Shown one piece after another: positions 16,638-24,158 of a stretch of 64,000 nucleotides of DNA. The translations under genes and the position numbers were made by a program. Each line of letters opens with the position of its first letter. Position 1 is the first letter of the stretch. The notes beneath the pieces are model-generated. The model was not told the origin of the DNA. It was given only the letters and a program-made list of their open reading frames with translations, and did not search any database. Where the stretch lies: IMG/VR virus record IMGVR_UViG_3300043399_000272, positions 1 to 64,000 of that record; one strand, 5' to 3'.

Positions 16638-16811
16638 ACCATAAATTAGTGTACTTGGGTTGGCAGACTGTAAACAGACATTACCTTTCTATTATTGTAA
16701 TGTCATAGTGGTTGTACGTTTGCAACCATACAACCACCGGAGTCTGGCAGATATATTAATTGATTCAAAATATTACTATGTATATTAAAACCAAGTACAC
16801 TAACTTATGGT
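16638..16811 (-). repeat. long-stem element L2 (~21-bp inverted repeat)
   Basis: ACCATAAATTAGTGTACTTGG...CCAAGTACACTAACTTATGGT. Confidence 0.7.
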
Positions 16812-16884
16812 GCGCCCACTAGGACTTGAACCTAGGACCAATGGATTATGAGTCCACTGCTCTGACCAACTGAGCTATAGGCGC
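16808..16884 (-). tRNA. tRNA-Ile2/Met(CAT)
   Basis: Loop CTCATAA; C4 and C5 in the acceptor suggest Ile2. Confidence 0.85.
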
Positions 16885-16894
16885 ACTTGTTCAA

Positions 16895-17077
16895 ACCATA
16901 TTATAATACACTCCCAATGCATGTCAAGCACTGTAACTTTGTAGTATACCTTAAGCCAGAGTTTCGAACCTCTGAGATATAGCACTAGTCAAAAGCGACC
17001 TTTCGATCCTTTAAAAACTCTTGACTCCACGGGCAAGCTAGGTCCCCCGATATGACAAGAATGTACTATAATATGGT
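16895..17077 (-). repeat. long-stem element L3 (19-bp inverted repeat)
   Basis: ACCATATTATAATACACTC...GAATGTACTATAATATGGT. Confidence 0.7.
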
Positions 17078-17158
17078 GCGCCTAGCCGGAATCGAACCAG
17101 CACGACCGAAGTCGGGAGATTTTAAGTCTCCTGTGTCTACCTATTTCACCATAGGCGC
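17074..17158 (-). tRNA. tRNA-Leu(TAA)
   Basis: Long V arm. Confidence 0.9.
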
Positions 17159-17397
17159 AAAATTGTTAAACAAATTTTTAAAGAACAGACGATAGTATAT
17201 ATCATCTATTATTTGTTGTCAATGAATTTGTGAGCCTGACGCCTCCCTCATTCATCAGCATTTTACCCTTGATATTAAGCCGGCAGGGTTAGAGGTACGT
17301 AGTTCTAGTTGTTACTTGTTTGCTACTAGGATAATTAGTCCCAACTCACAAGGATTTCGAGGCCCTTGCTTTCCCAACATCTACACTCACAAAACTT

Positions 17398-17474
17398 TGG
17401 CGATGCGTACCGGGCTCGAACCGGTGACCACTTGCGTGACAGGCAAGTATTCTAACCAACTGAACTAACGCACC
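17398..17474 (-). tRNA. tRNA-Asp(GTC)
   Basis: Canonical, G73. Confidence 0.95.
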
Positions 17475-17580
17475 ATTATAAAAATCGAAACCAGTACACA
17501 TGGTAGCTAATTTGTGCTTGCACTGCACTCAAGGCAGTGAACAGTCGCCACTCTGTCTTTCCTCTGATTTCAAAAACTTT

Positions 17581-17859
17581 GAAGGATTACACGGCGTTAA
17601 ACTGTCAGCCTATGCTCGTTTAACTTCTGTCCTTCGGCAGCTTGACCGCTGACAATACTTTTTCTTACCCTACTGGACCGACTTACCTTTTGAGCATCGT
17701 TGCTTTCGCAAAGCCCCCGCGCTCCGGCAGGGGTCGGTTTCCGTCTACTCTAGTACTTGTTATTGTCTTAGTATTTGGACGCTCTCCTTTGCACCTGATC
17801 TGTGGGAGATTAAGCAACTGACTTATCCAATCAGTCTAATCAGTCGCTACGATTATTCT
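17581..17859 (-). ncRNA. putative ~280-nt structured RNA
   Basis: GC-richer intergenic stretch with several long-range complementarities and GNRA-like loops. Confidence 0.45.
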
Positions 17860-17946
17860 TGGTGGAGACGACTGGAGTCGAACCAGTAGTGCCTTTCGGG
17901 CGGCGGATTTACAGTCCACTGGGGTTACCAATTTTCCTACATCTCC
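17860..17946 (-). tRNA. tRNA-Tyr(GTA)
   Basis: Long V arm. Confidence 0.9.
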
Positions 17947-17952
17947 ATAATT

Positions 17953-18027
17953 TGGAAGCGCCACGGGGAGTCGAACCCCGCTTCTCAGGATGAAAACCTG
18001 ATGTCCTAACCGATAGACGATGGCGCC
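17953..18027 (-). tRNA. tRNA-Glu(TTC)
   Basis: Cloverleaf. Confidence 0.9.
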
Positions 18028-18047
18028 ATGAATTTGTTTTTATTATT

Positions 18048-18164
18048 AATCACTATATGAAAACACACTTGACAAAACGTGCCTCCCTATTTTGTCGATA
18101 GGTTCCAACGTGAGGATCAAGTACGGTTCGGCGTACCACGATAGTGTGTTTACATATAGTGATT
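18048..18164 (-). repeat. long-stem element L4 (22-bp inverted repeat)
   Basis: AATCACTATATGAAAACACACT...AGTGTGTTTACATATAGTGATT. Confidence 0.7.
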
Positions 18165-18309
18165 GCTTCACAGCAATTTATATGTTGGATAACTTTTTAA
18201 AGAACCTTAGTGATAAGCAAGATTGCTTTCTCACTGTCAATACAAGTATTGTAGCACCGACTTGATTATTTGTCAAATCTTTTTTGTGTAATACTTGTGT
18301 ATTAACATT

Positions 18310-18384
18310 TGGTCCGGCGTAGAGGAATCGAACCTCTATCTATGGCTTAGAAGGCCACTGTTCTATCCGTTGAACTAACGCCAG
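18310..18384 (-). tRNA. tRNA-Arg(TCT)
   Basis: Cloverleaf. Confidence 0.9.
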
Positions 18385-18451
18385 ATAATAGAGATATTAT
18401 ACTTCCTCAAAGAAAAAATGTCAAGTCTTTTTAAGAACTTGACATTTTGAT

Positions 18452-18528
18452 TGGCTCCCCGTCGTGGGCTCGAACCACGGACATTCTGATTAACAGTCAG
18501 ACGCATCTACCAACTGTGCTAACGGGGA
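18452..18528 (-). tRNA. tRNA-Asn(GTT)
   Basis: Cloverleaf, G73. Confidence 0.95.
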
Positions 18529-18535
18529 ATAAACT

Positions 18536-18611
18536 TGGTGCTGGATGTCGGGTTCGAACTGACGACCTTTCGCTTACAAGGCGAGTGCTCTACCAACTGA
18601 GCTAATCCAGC
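18536..18611 (-). tRNA. tRNA-Thr(TGT)
   Basis: Canonical cloverleaf. Confidence 0.95.
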
Positions 18612-18679
18612 TACTGAAATTATTTATATAGAGTGTATCACCGCGATAATTTTTTGTCAACTATCGCGGTGATATCGTC

Positions 18680-19240
18680 CTATGAAAGCAAGATTCTGCT
18701 ATGCTTAGGAACACCTGATAGCAGGTATTCCATTTGGTCAGCACGGATCGTGCGGTTTTGTAGAATCATGTTTTCATAGTGGTTAGGTTCATAAGGAACA
18801 TATAGCAATTCAAGGCCAGCTTCTTTTAGAGTCTTATGACCCTTCTTGCTGTTACATTCTTTACATGCAGTAACCACGTTCATCCAAGTGTTTTCGCCAC
18901 CACGTGCCCGAGGGATAATATGGTCACGACTTAGATTTGTATGGTTAACAAAGTGCCCGCCGCAATATGCACAAACATGTCGGTCACGACCGAACAATGT
19001 TCGGTTGCTTAATGCAACATGACTATGCTTATAAGGGTTGAATCCATGACCCTTGATAGCGATGATACTAGGTGTTTCTAGGTACGACATTGTGCCGTCG
19101 TTTTGAATACCTCCGCGGTACTGTGCGACAACATCACCCATACTCCATGCTACTGAGTTAGTAGCCCAGTATGAAATTGCGTCATCAGTGGAGATCCACT
19201 GCCGGGGAACTCCTGAAATGTCAAGTGCTAGAACAGCCAT
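18680..19240 (-). CDS. HNH endonuclease (McrA-like)
   Basis: RDRHVCAYCG...DHIIPRARGG...NVVTACKECNSKK; AGGAG SD. Confidence 0.9.
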   Translation of the reverse strand: MAVLALDISGVPRQWISTDDAISYWATNSVAWSMGDVVAQYRGGIQNDGTMSYLETPSIIAIKGHGFNPYKHSHVALSNRTLFGRDRHVCAYCGGHFVNHTNLSRDHIIPRARGGENTWMNVVTACKECNSKKGHKTLKEAGLELLYVPYEPNHYENMILQNRTIRADQMEYLLSGVPKHSRILLS

Positions 19241-19286
19241 GCTATACTCCTTCTCTGTTACTGTCTACATGTATTTAGATCCTGTT

Positions 19287-19363
19287 TGGAGGGACATGAG
19301 GGATTTGAACCCCCGACCTTTGGTTTCGAAGACCAAGACTCTTCCGAACTGAGTTAATGTCCC
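19287..19363 (-). tRNA. tRNA-Arg(TCG)
   Basis: Loop CTTCGAA. Confidence 0.9.
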
Positions 19364-19404
19364 ATATATTAATTATACAACAAATACCATTATTTGTCAA
19401 AAAC

Positions 19405-19487
19405 TGGTACCCCCTCTCGGGCTCGAACCGAGAAATTACACTCCTCTGTTTGAGAGAGGCGACTTTACCAAATTTGTCCAAGGGGGC
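19405..19487 (-). tRNA. tRNA-Leu(CAA), second copy
   Basis: Loop CTCAAAC, intermediate V arm. Confidence 0.8.
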
Positions 19488-19490
19488 ATT

Positions 19491-19566
19491 TGGTGCCAAA
19501 GACTGGGATCGAACCAGTGACACACGGATTTTCAATCCGCTGCTCTACCATCTGAGCTACATTGGC
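19491..19566 (-). tRNA. tRNA-Phe(GAA)
   Basis: Canonical cloverleaf. Confidence 0.95.
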
Positions 19567-19567
19567 G

Positions 19568-19741
19568 TTACTTGGGTTCAGGAATCTTCTTTAGTGATTC
19601 TTTTCTTACAAGACAATCACGTTGCGTTCCTAAACGAAAAACTCTCAAGTATTCGACACCATCGATCATCTGAATATCTTTGGTGTCTTTGCAATAAAAT
19701 TTCTCCCTATTACGGAGATTCTCAAAGTAAATAGTTTTCAT
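19568..19741 (-). CDS. small hypothetical protein (MKTIYFENLRN...)
   Basis: Read by hand; AAGGAG SD. Confidence 0.65.
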   Translation of the reverse strand: MKTIYFENLRNREKFYCKDTKDIQMIDGVEYLRVFRLGTQRDCLVRKESLKKIPEPK

Positions 19742-19755
19742 TTTAGTCTCCTTAT

Positions 19756-19830
19756 TGGTATCTCTGCCCAGAGTTGAACTGAGATTTATTCTTTAGGAGA
19801 GAATTGTTCTATCCATTGAACTACAGAGAT
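19756..19830 (-). tRNA. tRNA-Arg(CCT)
   Basis: Loop CTCCTAA. Confidence 0.85.
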
Positions 19831-19833
19831 ATG

Positions 19834-20208
19834 TTATCTTGTTACTTTTGCTCTGGCTGCTACCATGTCTTCAAACGAACCTTTTTCCATCACGTTCGTG
19901 TATGTGTCAGTCAGGCCACTAGCATGGTCTACTACTCTGTTATCACATTCATGGTACGTTCTGATTCTCTCAGTGCCTGCTTGGTATCTTTCAGTGTCCT
20001 CATGAAAATGAGCCTGAACTCTACTCAGACAAGTAATGTATGCTTGACGTTTGTTATCTTCACGACTACGACTATTCGTGCCGTTCGCAGTTATTCCAGT
20101 TGGCTCATGTATACAGCGGCAACAGTTTTGATGTTTGTTGCGATGCTGGCCACCTTTGCCAGTTCCAGAAAACCATTCATATCTAAATTGATCCTCAGTG
20201 ACTTTCAT
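19834..20208 (-). CDS. stand-alone GGQ peptidyl-tRNA hydrolase (RF-1 domain; ArfB/PrfH-like)
   Basis: SGTGKGGQHRNK, HEPTGI, SRSREDNK, ERIRTY...RVVDH. Confidence 0.85.
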   Translation of the reverse strand: MKVTEDQFRYEWFSGTGKGGQHRNKHQNCCRCIHEPTGITANGTNSRSREDNKRQAYITCLSRVQAHFHEDTERYQAGTERIRTYHECDNRVVDHASGLTDTYTNVMEKGSFEDMVAARAKVTR

Positions 20209-20233
20209 ATTGTTCTCCACTGATATTTATAAT

Positions 20234-20324
20234 TGGCAGTGAGTGAGAGATTCGAACTCTCGTGCCGTGTAATACGACCATCATCTTTCCAGGATGCGCC
20301 CTTAAGCCTCTCAGGCAACTCACT
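20234..20324 (-). tRNA. tRNA-Ser(GGA)
   Basis: Long V arm, G73. Confidence 0.9.
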
Positions 20325-20329
20325 ATGTT

Positions 20330-20405
20330 TGGTGTCCAGTACTGGGATCGAACCAGTGACCTCTACCGTGTCAAGGTAGCGTTCATACCGCTGAACTAAC
20401 CGGAC
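20330..20405 (-). tRNA. tRNA-Val(GAC)
   Basis: Canonical cloverleaf. Confidence 0.95.
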
Positions 20406-20470
20406 ATATAAACTACTAAAGTACATGATTCTACTACTTTGAAAGTACTAAGTACTTCAAAGGAAATATC

Positions 20471-20740
20471 ATGAACGATCAACATCTATTACGCACATAC
20501 CTTAACATCATCAATGAGGCAGTTGGTGCCATCAACGAGAAGTGGGGCAAGTCTACTGTAGTTAGCCCAGAAGAAAAAGGCAAATATGCTGGCAAATCTA
20601 AAGCTGAATTACTTAAACAATATAATGCTCTTAAAGCAAGCGGCCCTCATAAGAAAGGTTCTCCCGAGTACGGAAGAATGCGTGAATTAGCATTTGCTAT
20701 TCGTGCAAAAAGTAATTGGGGTAAAGTTAAAGATGAATAA
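20471..20740 (+). CDS. hypothetical protein
   Basis: AAGGA SD; N-terminal LRTYLNIINE motif. Confidence 0.75.
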   Translation: MNDQHLLRTYLNIINEAVGAINEKWGKSTVVSPEEKGKYAGKSKAELLKQYNALKASGPHKKGSPEYGRMRELAFAIRAKSNWGKVKDE

Positions 20741-20948
20741 TGTCATGCGTAACTTTATCAACATACTTAATGAGACACATATATCATATGGTCACAAAAT
20801 AGATAAATCTTCTGCTAACTACACTGACCACGGGGTCGGCGGCGAAGTATGTCACAATTGTAGACATTTCCGTGCACCACATAGATGTGAAATAGTTGAC
20901 GGATACATCGAACCTGGTGGTTGGTGTAGATACTTTGAAGAAGAATAA
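20733..20948 (+). CDS. HiPIP-like iron-sulfur protein
   Basis: Y...CHNCRHF...C...V.G.I...GWC..F pattern; overlapping start. Confidence 0.65.
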   Translation: MNNVMRNFINILNETHISYGHKIDKSSANYTDHGVGGEVCHNCRHFRAPHRCEIVDGYIEPGGWCRYFEEE

Positions 20949-21066
20949 AACGGGATACTTTTCTTGACGAATGCTCTACCTAATGAGCTAATCTGGCATG
21001 AAGCCAAATGTTGGAATCGAACCAACTACCTATCGTTTGATAGAATTTTGCTGTATGTATCCCTAA
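20949..21066 (-). ncRNA. CAGCA-handle RNA 5: circularly permuted tRNA, YrlA-like
   Basis: GGGAUAC-AUACAGCAA, T arm, acceptor closed by a UUCAU loop, D arm, GUAUCCC. Confidence 0.8.
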
Positions 21067-21068
21067 AC

Positions 21069-21146
21069 TGGTCTGGGTAGCAGGATTTGAACCTGCAGCC
21101 TCGAAGTTCCAAGCCTCGCCGTCTACCAAGTTGACAATATACCCAG
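21069..21146 (-). tRNA. tRNA-Pro(TGG), second copy, atypical
   Basis: Loop CTTGGAA (A37). Confidence 0.8.
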
Positions 21147-21153
21147 ATATTTT

Positions 21154-21519
21154 TTACAAACTAGAAATTGTTTTTCTTTTATATTTTCTAGCGTATTCTA
21201 TGCTACCCTTCATTGCGGCAGCACAACAAAATTTGTGATCTTTCCTAAAGATCCATTCATTCAACTTGAATGATTTCAATACTCTATCACCATTCCACCA
21301 TCCACGTTGAGTTTCAATGTAACCTTCTTGTTCAAGTTGGTCTCTCAATTTAGTGAATTCGTCATGGTCTTTATTACTGACACTAACTGCCTTGTCATAA
21401 CCCTTAAGAATTTTGATAAGGTCTTCATGTGTAGGATTGGTGCGGTCTTTAATAAAATCATGTTCAATCCTCACAGACACATCGGTAATGTATTGCTCGT
21501 CAATGACAAATTGTTTCAT
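21154..21519 (-). CDS. hypothetical protein
   Basis: AAGGA SD. Confidence 0.7.
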   Translation of the reverse strand: MKQFVIDEQYITDVSVRIEHDFIKDRTNPTHEDLIKILKGYDKAVSVSNKDHDEFTKLRDQLEQEGYIETQRGWWNGDRVLKSFKLNEWIFRKDHKFCCAAAMKGSIEYARKYKRKTISSL

Positions 21520-21685
21520 AACATTTCCTTATAGATTGGGAGCCTAGCTATCTGTCGTTACACAGCCTCACTAGATTGTCTCGTATACAAGAGTTTATAC
21601 TACCTTACTAATCTACTGATGTGTCACATACCAGCACAGTATGCTAGATTAGAAGGGACTCAATCGTACCGTCTATCCCATAAAT

Positions 21686-21760
21686 TGGTGCTCCTTGAAG
21701 GAATCGAACCTCCACCCCTGGATTACAAAACCAGTCCACTACCATTATGATTAAAAGAGC
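21686..21760 (-). tRNA. tRNA-Thr(TGT), second copy, atypical
   Basis: Loop TTTGTAA. Confidence 0.8.
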
Positions 21761-21765
21761 AATAT

Positions 21766-21888
21766 TGGTGCCGCCGCTAGGATTCGAACCTAGATAACCC
21801 CCTCGACATGGTTAAAGAAAATATGCTGAACGTACTCTAAAACAGAGTCACCCTTTTATAAGGCGTCCTACCGTTAGACGACAGCGGC
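21766..21888 (-). ncRNA. CAGCA-handle RNA 6: tRNA body with the handle in place of the anticodon loop
   Basis: GCCGCUG/CGGCGGC-ACCA, D and T arms; insert ACUCUG-UUU-UAGAGU-ACGUUCAGCAU. Confidence 0.75.
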
Positions 21889-21896
21889 ATTAAATT

Positions 21897-21972
21897 TGGT
21901 GCAGCCAGTGGACTCGAACCACTGCGGGAATCTAGAATGCGGGGGACATGCCCCCTACCCCTCCATTACTGC
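21897..21972 (-). ncRNA. tRNA-like RNA with acceptor and T arm only
   Basis: UUCGAGU T loop and ACCA end; no D arm; GGGGG-CAUGU-CCCCC hairpin. Confidence 0.55.
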
Positions 21973-21977
21973 AAAAC

Positions 21978-22052
21978 TGGCGCCGTAGAAGGGAATCGAA
22001 CCCTCATAGGACGGATAGACAATCCGTTGCATTACCAGTCTACCACTACGGC
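21978..22052 (-). tRNA. tRNA-Asp(GTC), second copy, atypical
   Basis: Loop TTGTCTA (U37), G73. Confidence 0.8.
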
Positions 22053-22062
22053 ATTAATTGAA

Positions 22063-22128
22063 TTTAGGGTGACAGTGCGTTAGTGGCCGATACTGTCATT
22101 CACCACTCGCTTCTACGCATACCCTAAA
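22063..22128 (-). ncRNA. putative compact pseudoknot RNA
   Basis: Four complementary segment pairs in 66 nt. Confidence 0.45.
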
Positions 22129-22132
22129 ATAT

Positions 22133-22207
22133 TGGCTCCGGTGGCTGGGATCGAACCAACGACCAATTGATTAACAGTCAACTGCACTACCGCTGTGCTA
22201 CACCGGA
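22133..22207 (-). tRNA. tRNA-Asn(GTT), second copy
   Basis: Cloverleaf. Confidence 0.9.
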
Positions 22208-22208
22208 A

Positions 22209-22595
22209 TTAAATTTTACAGAAAATACCTTTGAGAATTTTACTTGCCGGTTCAAAGTGTTCTTCCATGATATGATTTGCCATACCATATGCTGTTGTTC
22301 CCATGTCTATGTAATATCTAGGACTGGGCCAACGATTTTGTTTGAACGGATAACTATGAATAAGCAAGCATTCATCACCGACTTTTAACAAGTCTTTCTG
22401 TTTACCAGTACTTATTGCAGTAAGCATTTCAATTGCAACTGCATTGTTACCGATATCAGTTCTTTGAAAGTTATTTGCCATCAAGTGAACCACATAGGCT
22501 TCTACCTCGTGTTCTAGTATGATGCCATTAACACCTTCACTCTCTACTACTAGGTCGTAGCATGATTTAACATAATCAAACCAGTGCTTGCTCAT
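22209..22595 (-). CDS. hypothetical protein
   Basis: VGDECL motif; TAAATA upstream. Confidence 0.75.
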   Translation of the reverse strand: MSKHWFDYVKSCYDLVVESEGVNGIILEHEVEAYVVHLMANNFQRTDIGNNAVAIEMLTAISTGKQKDLLKVGDECLLIHSYPFKQNRWPSPRYYIDMGTTAYGMANHIMEEHFEPASKILKGIFCKI

Positions 22596-22609
22596 AGTAG
22601 TATTTATTC

Positions 22610-22686
22610 TGGTGCCGCCACATGGATTTGAACCATGGACCCCCGCCTTATCAAGACGGTGCTCTAACCAACTGAGCTATGGAGGC
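22610..22686 (-). tRNA. tRNA-Ile(GAT)
   Basis: Cloverleaf. Confidence 0.9.
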
Positions 22687-22691
22687 ATTAC

Positions 22692-22765
22692 TGGTTCCTC
22701 CACCAGGTTACGATCCTGGGTCTCACGATTATCAGTCGTGGGCTCTTCCATTGAGCTATAGAGGA
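22692..22765 (-). tRNA. tRNA-Ile(GAT), second copy, atypical T loop
   Basis: T loop ATCGTAA. Confidence 0.8.
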
Positions 22766-22766
22766 A

Positions 22767-23111
22767 TTAACTTACATAACCCCAGCGATTATTCTTCTGG
22801 GATTTAATTCTTGTTTCATCAAATTCAATTAAGCGAGTTAAGTTAACTGTGCCTGCATGAATCTTTCTATGACAATGCGAACACAACATTACACACTTCT
22901 TAGCCTCTGCCATAAGATTCTCCCATGACATAATTTTGCTAGACAGTGAGAATTCCTTGTGTTCACTGTTCAAATGATGAAAGTCGTAAACGATTGGATC
23001 ATCCTGTAAATCACAGACCGAACATCTATTATCAAACCCTTCTACAAGTTTAACCTTAGTGTTCTTTCTCCACTCTTTTACTTTTTCGTATCTTCTTTCT
23101 TTCGGTGTCAT
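22767..23111 (-). CDS. HNH endonuclease
   Basis: CSVC...DFHH...KCVMLCSHCHRKIH. Confidence 0.85.
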   Translation of the reverse strand: MTPKERRYEKVKEWRKNTKVKLVEGFDNRCSVCDLQDDPIVYDFHHLNSEHKEFSLSSKIMSWENLMAEAKKCVMLCSHCHRKIHAGTVNLTRLIEFDETRIKSQKNNRWGYVS

Positions 23112-23178
23112 AATATTTCCTCAGTTATCTTGTATTTATAACTGATTCACAAAAAATGACACCGGGTATAAACTTCTT

Positions 23179-23256
23179 TGGGGTGGATAGTCGGGATCGA
23201 ACCGACGCAATACCGGAATCACAACCCGGGGCCTTAACCACTTGGCTATACCCACC
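23179..23256 (-). tRNA. tRNA-His(GTG)
   Basis: C73 and encoded G-1. Confidence 0.9.
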
Positions 23257-23267
23257 ACAAAGAAGTC

Positions 23268-23342
23268 TGGTGGAAGTAGTAAGATTCGAACTTACGATAG
23301 GCACCGTATGAAGATGCTGCATTACCACTTTGCTATACTTCC
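23268..23342 (-). tRNA. tRNA-Met(CAT)
   Basis: Loop TTCATAC. Confidence 0.85.
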
Positions 23343-23351
23343 ATTATGAAT

Positions 23352-23423
23352 CAATTTGAAATACACTATTTTTCACCCCATCAGTAGAGTGACCCATCAG
23401 TAGGCGTAGTGTATTTCAAATTG
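23352..23423 (-). repeat. long-stem element L5 (17-bp perfect inverted repeat, internal 12-nt direct repeat)
   Basis: CAATTTGAAATACACTA...TAGTGTATTTCAAATTG; ACCCATCAGTAG x2 inside. Confidence 0.7.
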
Positions 23424-23495
23424 GTGCGGGGTAAGGGAGTCGAACCCTTGACTAAACGTTGGCAACGTTTGATTTTACCGTTAAACTAACCACGC
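23422..23495 (-). tRNA. tRNA-Gly(GCC), second copy, A73
   Basis: Cloverleaf with an atypical discriminator. Confidence 0.8.
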
Positions 23496-23587
23496 ATTAA
23501 ACTGGGCCCTTGAGGTCACCGTCGAAAGTGACATTACCAACTATTAACGGGTTGCGCGCCAGCCGCGTCAAACTCAAGGATAAAACT

Positions 23588-23663
23588 TGGTACCTGAGAC
23601 TGGACTCGAACCAGTATCGCTCACTGTGTAAAAGTGACGTATGACCTCTCTACGCACTCAGGT
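23588..23663 (-). tRNA. tRNA-Val(TAC), second copy
   Basis: Loop TTTACAC. Confidence 0.8.
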
Positions 23664-23670
23664 ATAATCT

Positions 23671-23748
23671 TGGAACACCGGGTCAGATTCGAACTGACGG
23701 TTTTGCGGATTTGCAATCCACTGCATTGGGCCTCTCTGCCACCGGTGC
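23671..23748 (-). tRNA. tRNA-Cys(GCA), second copy
   Basis: U73. Confidence 0.85.
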
Positions 23749-23755
23749 ATAAATT

Positions 23756-23831
23756 TGGTGCTGATACCGAGAGTCGAACTCGGGACCTCATCATTACCAA
23801 TGATGTATTCTACCAACTGAACTATATCAGC
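23756..23831 (-). tRNA. tRNA-Thr(GGT)
   Basis: Canonical cloverleaf. Confidence 0.95.
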
Positions 23832-23833
23832 AT

Positions 23834-23899
23834 AACAGGATCGTTTTTTACGGTTTAGATTAGAAGTCTAATGTATTTTGATTGCTGAACCGATCCTAA
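23834..23899 (-). ncRNA. CAGCA-handle RNA 7 (Arg UCU-type anticodon hairpin)
   Basis: UAGGAUCG-GUUCAGCAA...UUAGA-CUUCUAA-UCUAA...CGAUCCUG. Confidence 0.75.
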
Positions 23900-23903
23900 A
23901 ACT

Positions 23904-23980
23904 TGGCGCGTCTGGCAGGATTCGAACCCACGACCCCTTGGTTCGTAGCCAAGTACTCTATCCAACTGAGCTACAGACGC
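23904..23980 (-). tRNA. tRNA-Arg(ACG)
   Basis: Canonical cloverleaf. Confidence 0.95.
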
Positions 23981-24075
23981 ATAAATTCGTGCCGCTTCTT
24001 GGGACTTGTACCCCAGTTACTCCATTCCCTTGTCGCGGCTCCGAGGGCGAGTCTGTTTTCTTCTAGCTAGAATTC

Positions 24076-24151
24076 TGGCACCCCCTGATGGACTCGAACC
24101 ACCGAATGTCGGAATCAAAATCCGATGCCTTACCAACTTGGCGAAGGAGGT
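24076..24151 (-). tRNA. tRNA-Gln(TTG)
   Basis: Loop TTTTGAT, G73. Confidence 0.9.
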
Positions 24152-24158
24152 ATAATAT

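Noticed and set aside
17581-17859. RNase P RNA or tmRNA
   Set aside because: No GAGGAAAGUCC-type P4 signature, and no Ala acceptor end or tag ORF.
20411-20460. AAAGTAC/GTACTT-rich palindromic stretch (similar at 3470-3515)
   Set aside because: It could be an operator, but it is too short and AT-rich to support.
21766-21888. Group I or bulge-helix-bulge intron in a tRNA
   Set aside because: The insert is far too short for group I, no clean anticodon is restored, and it matches the handle motif.
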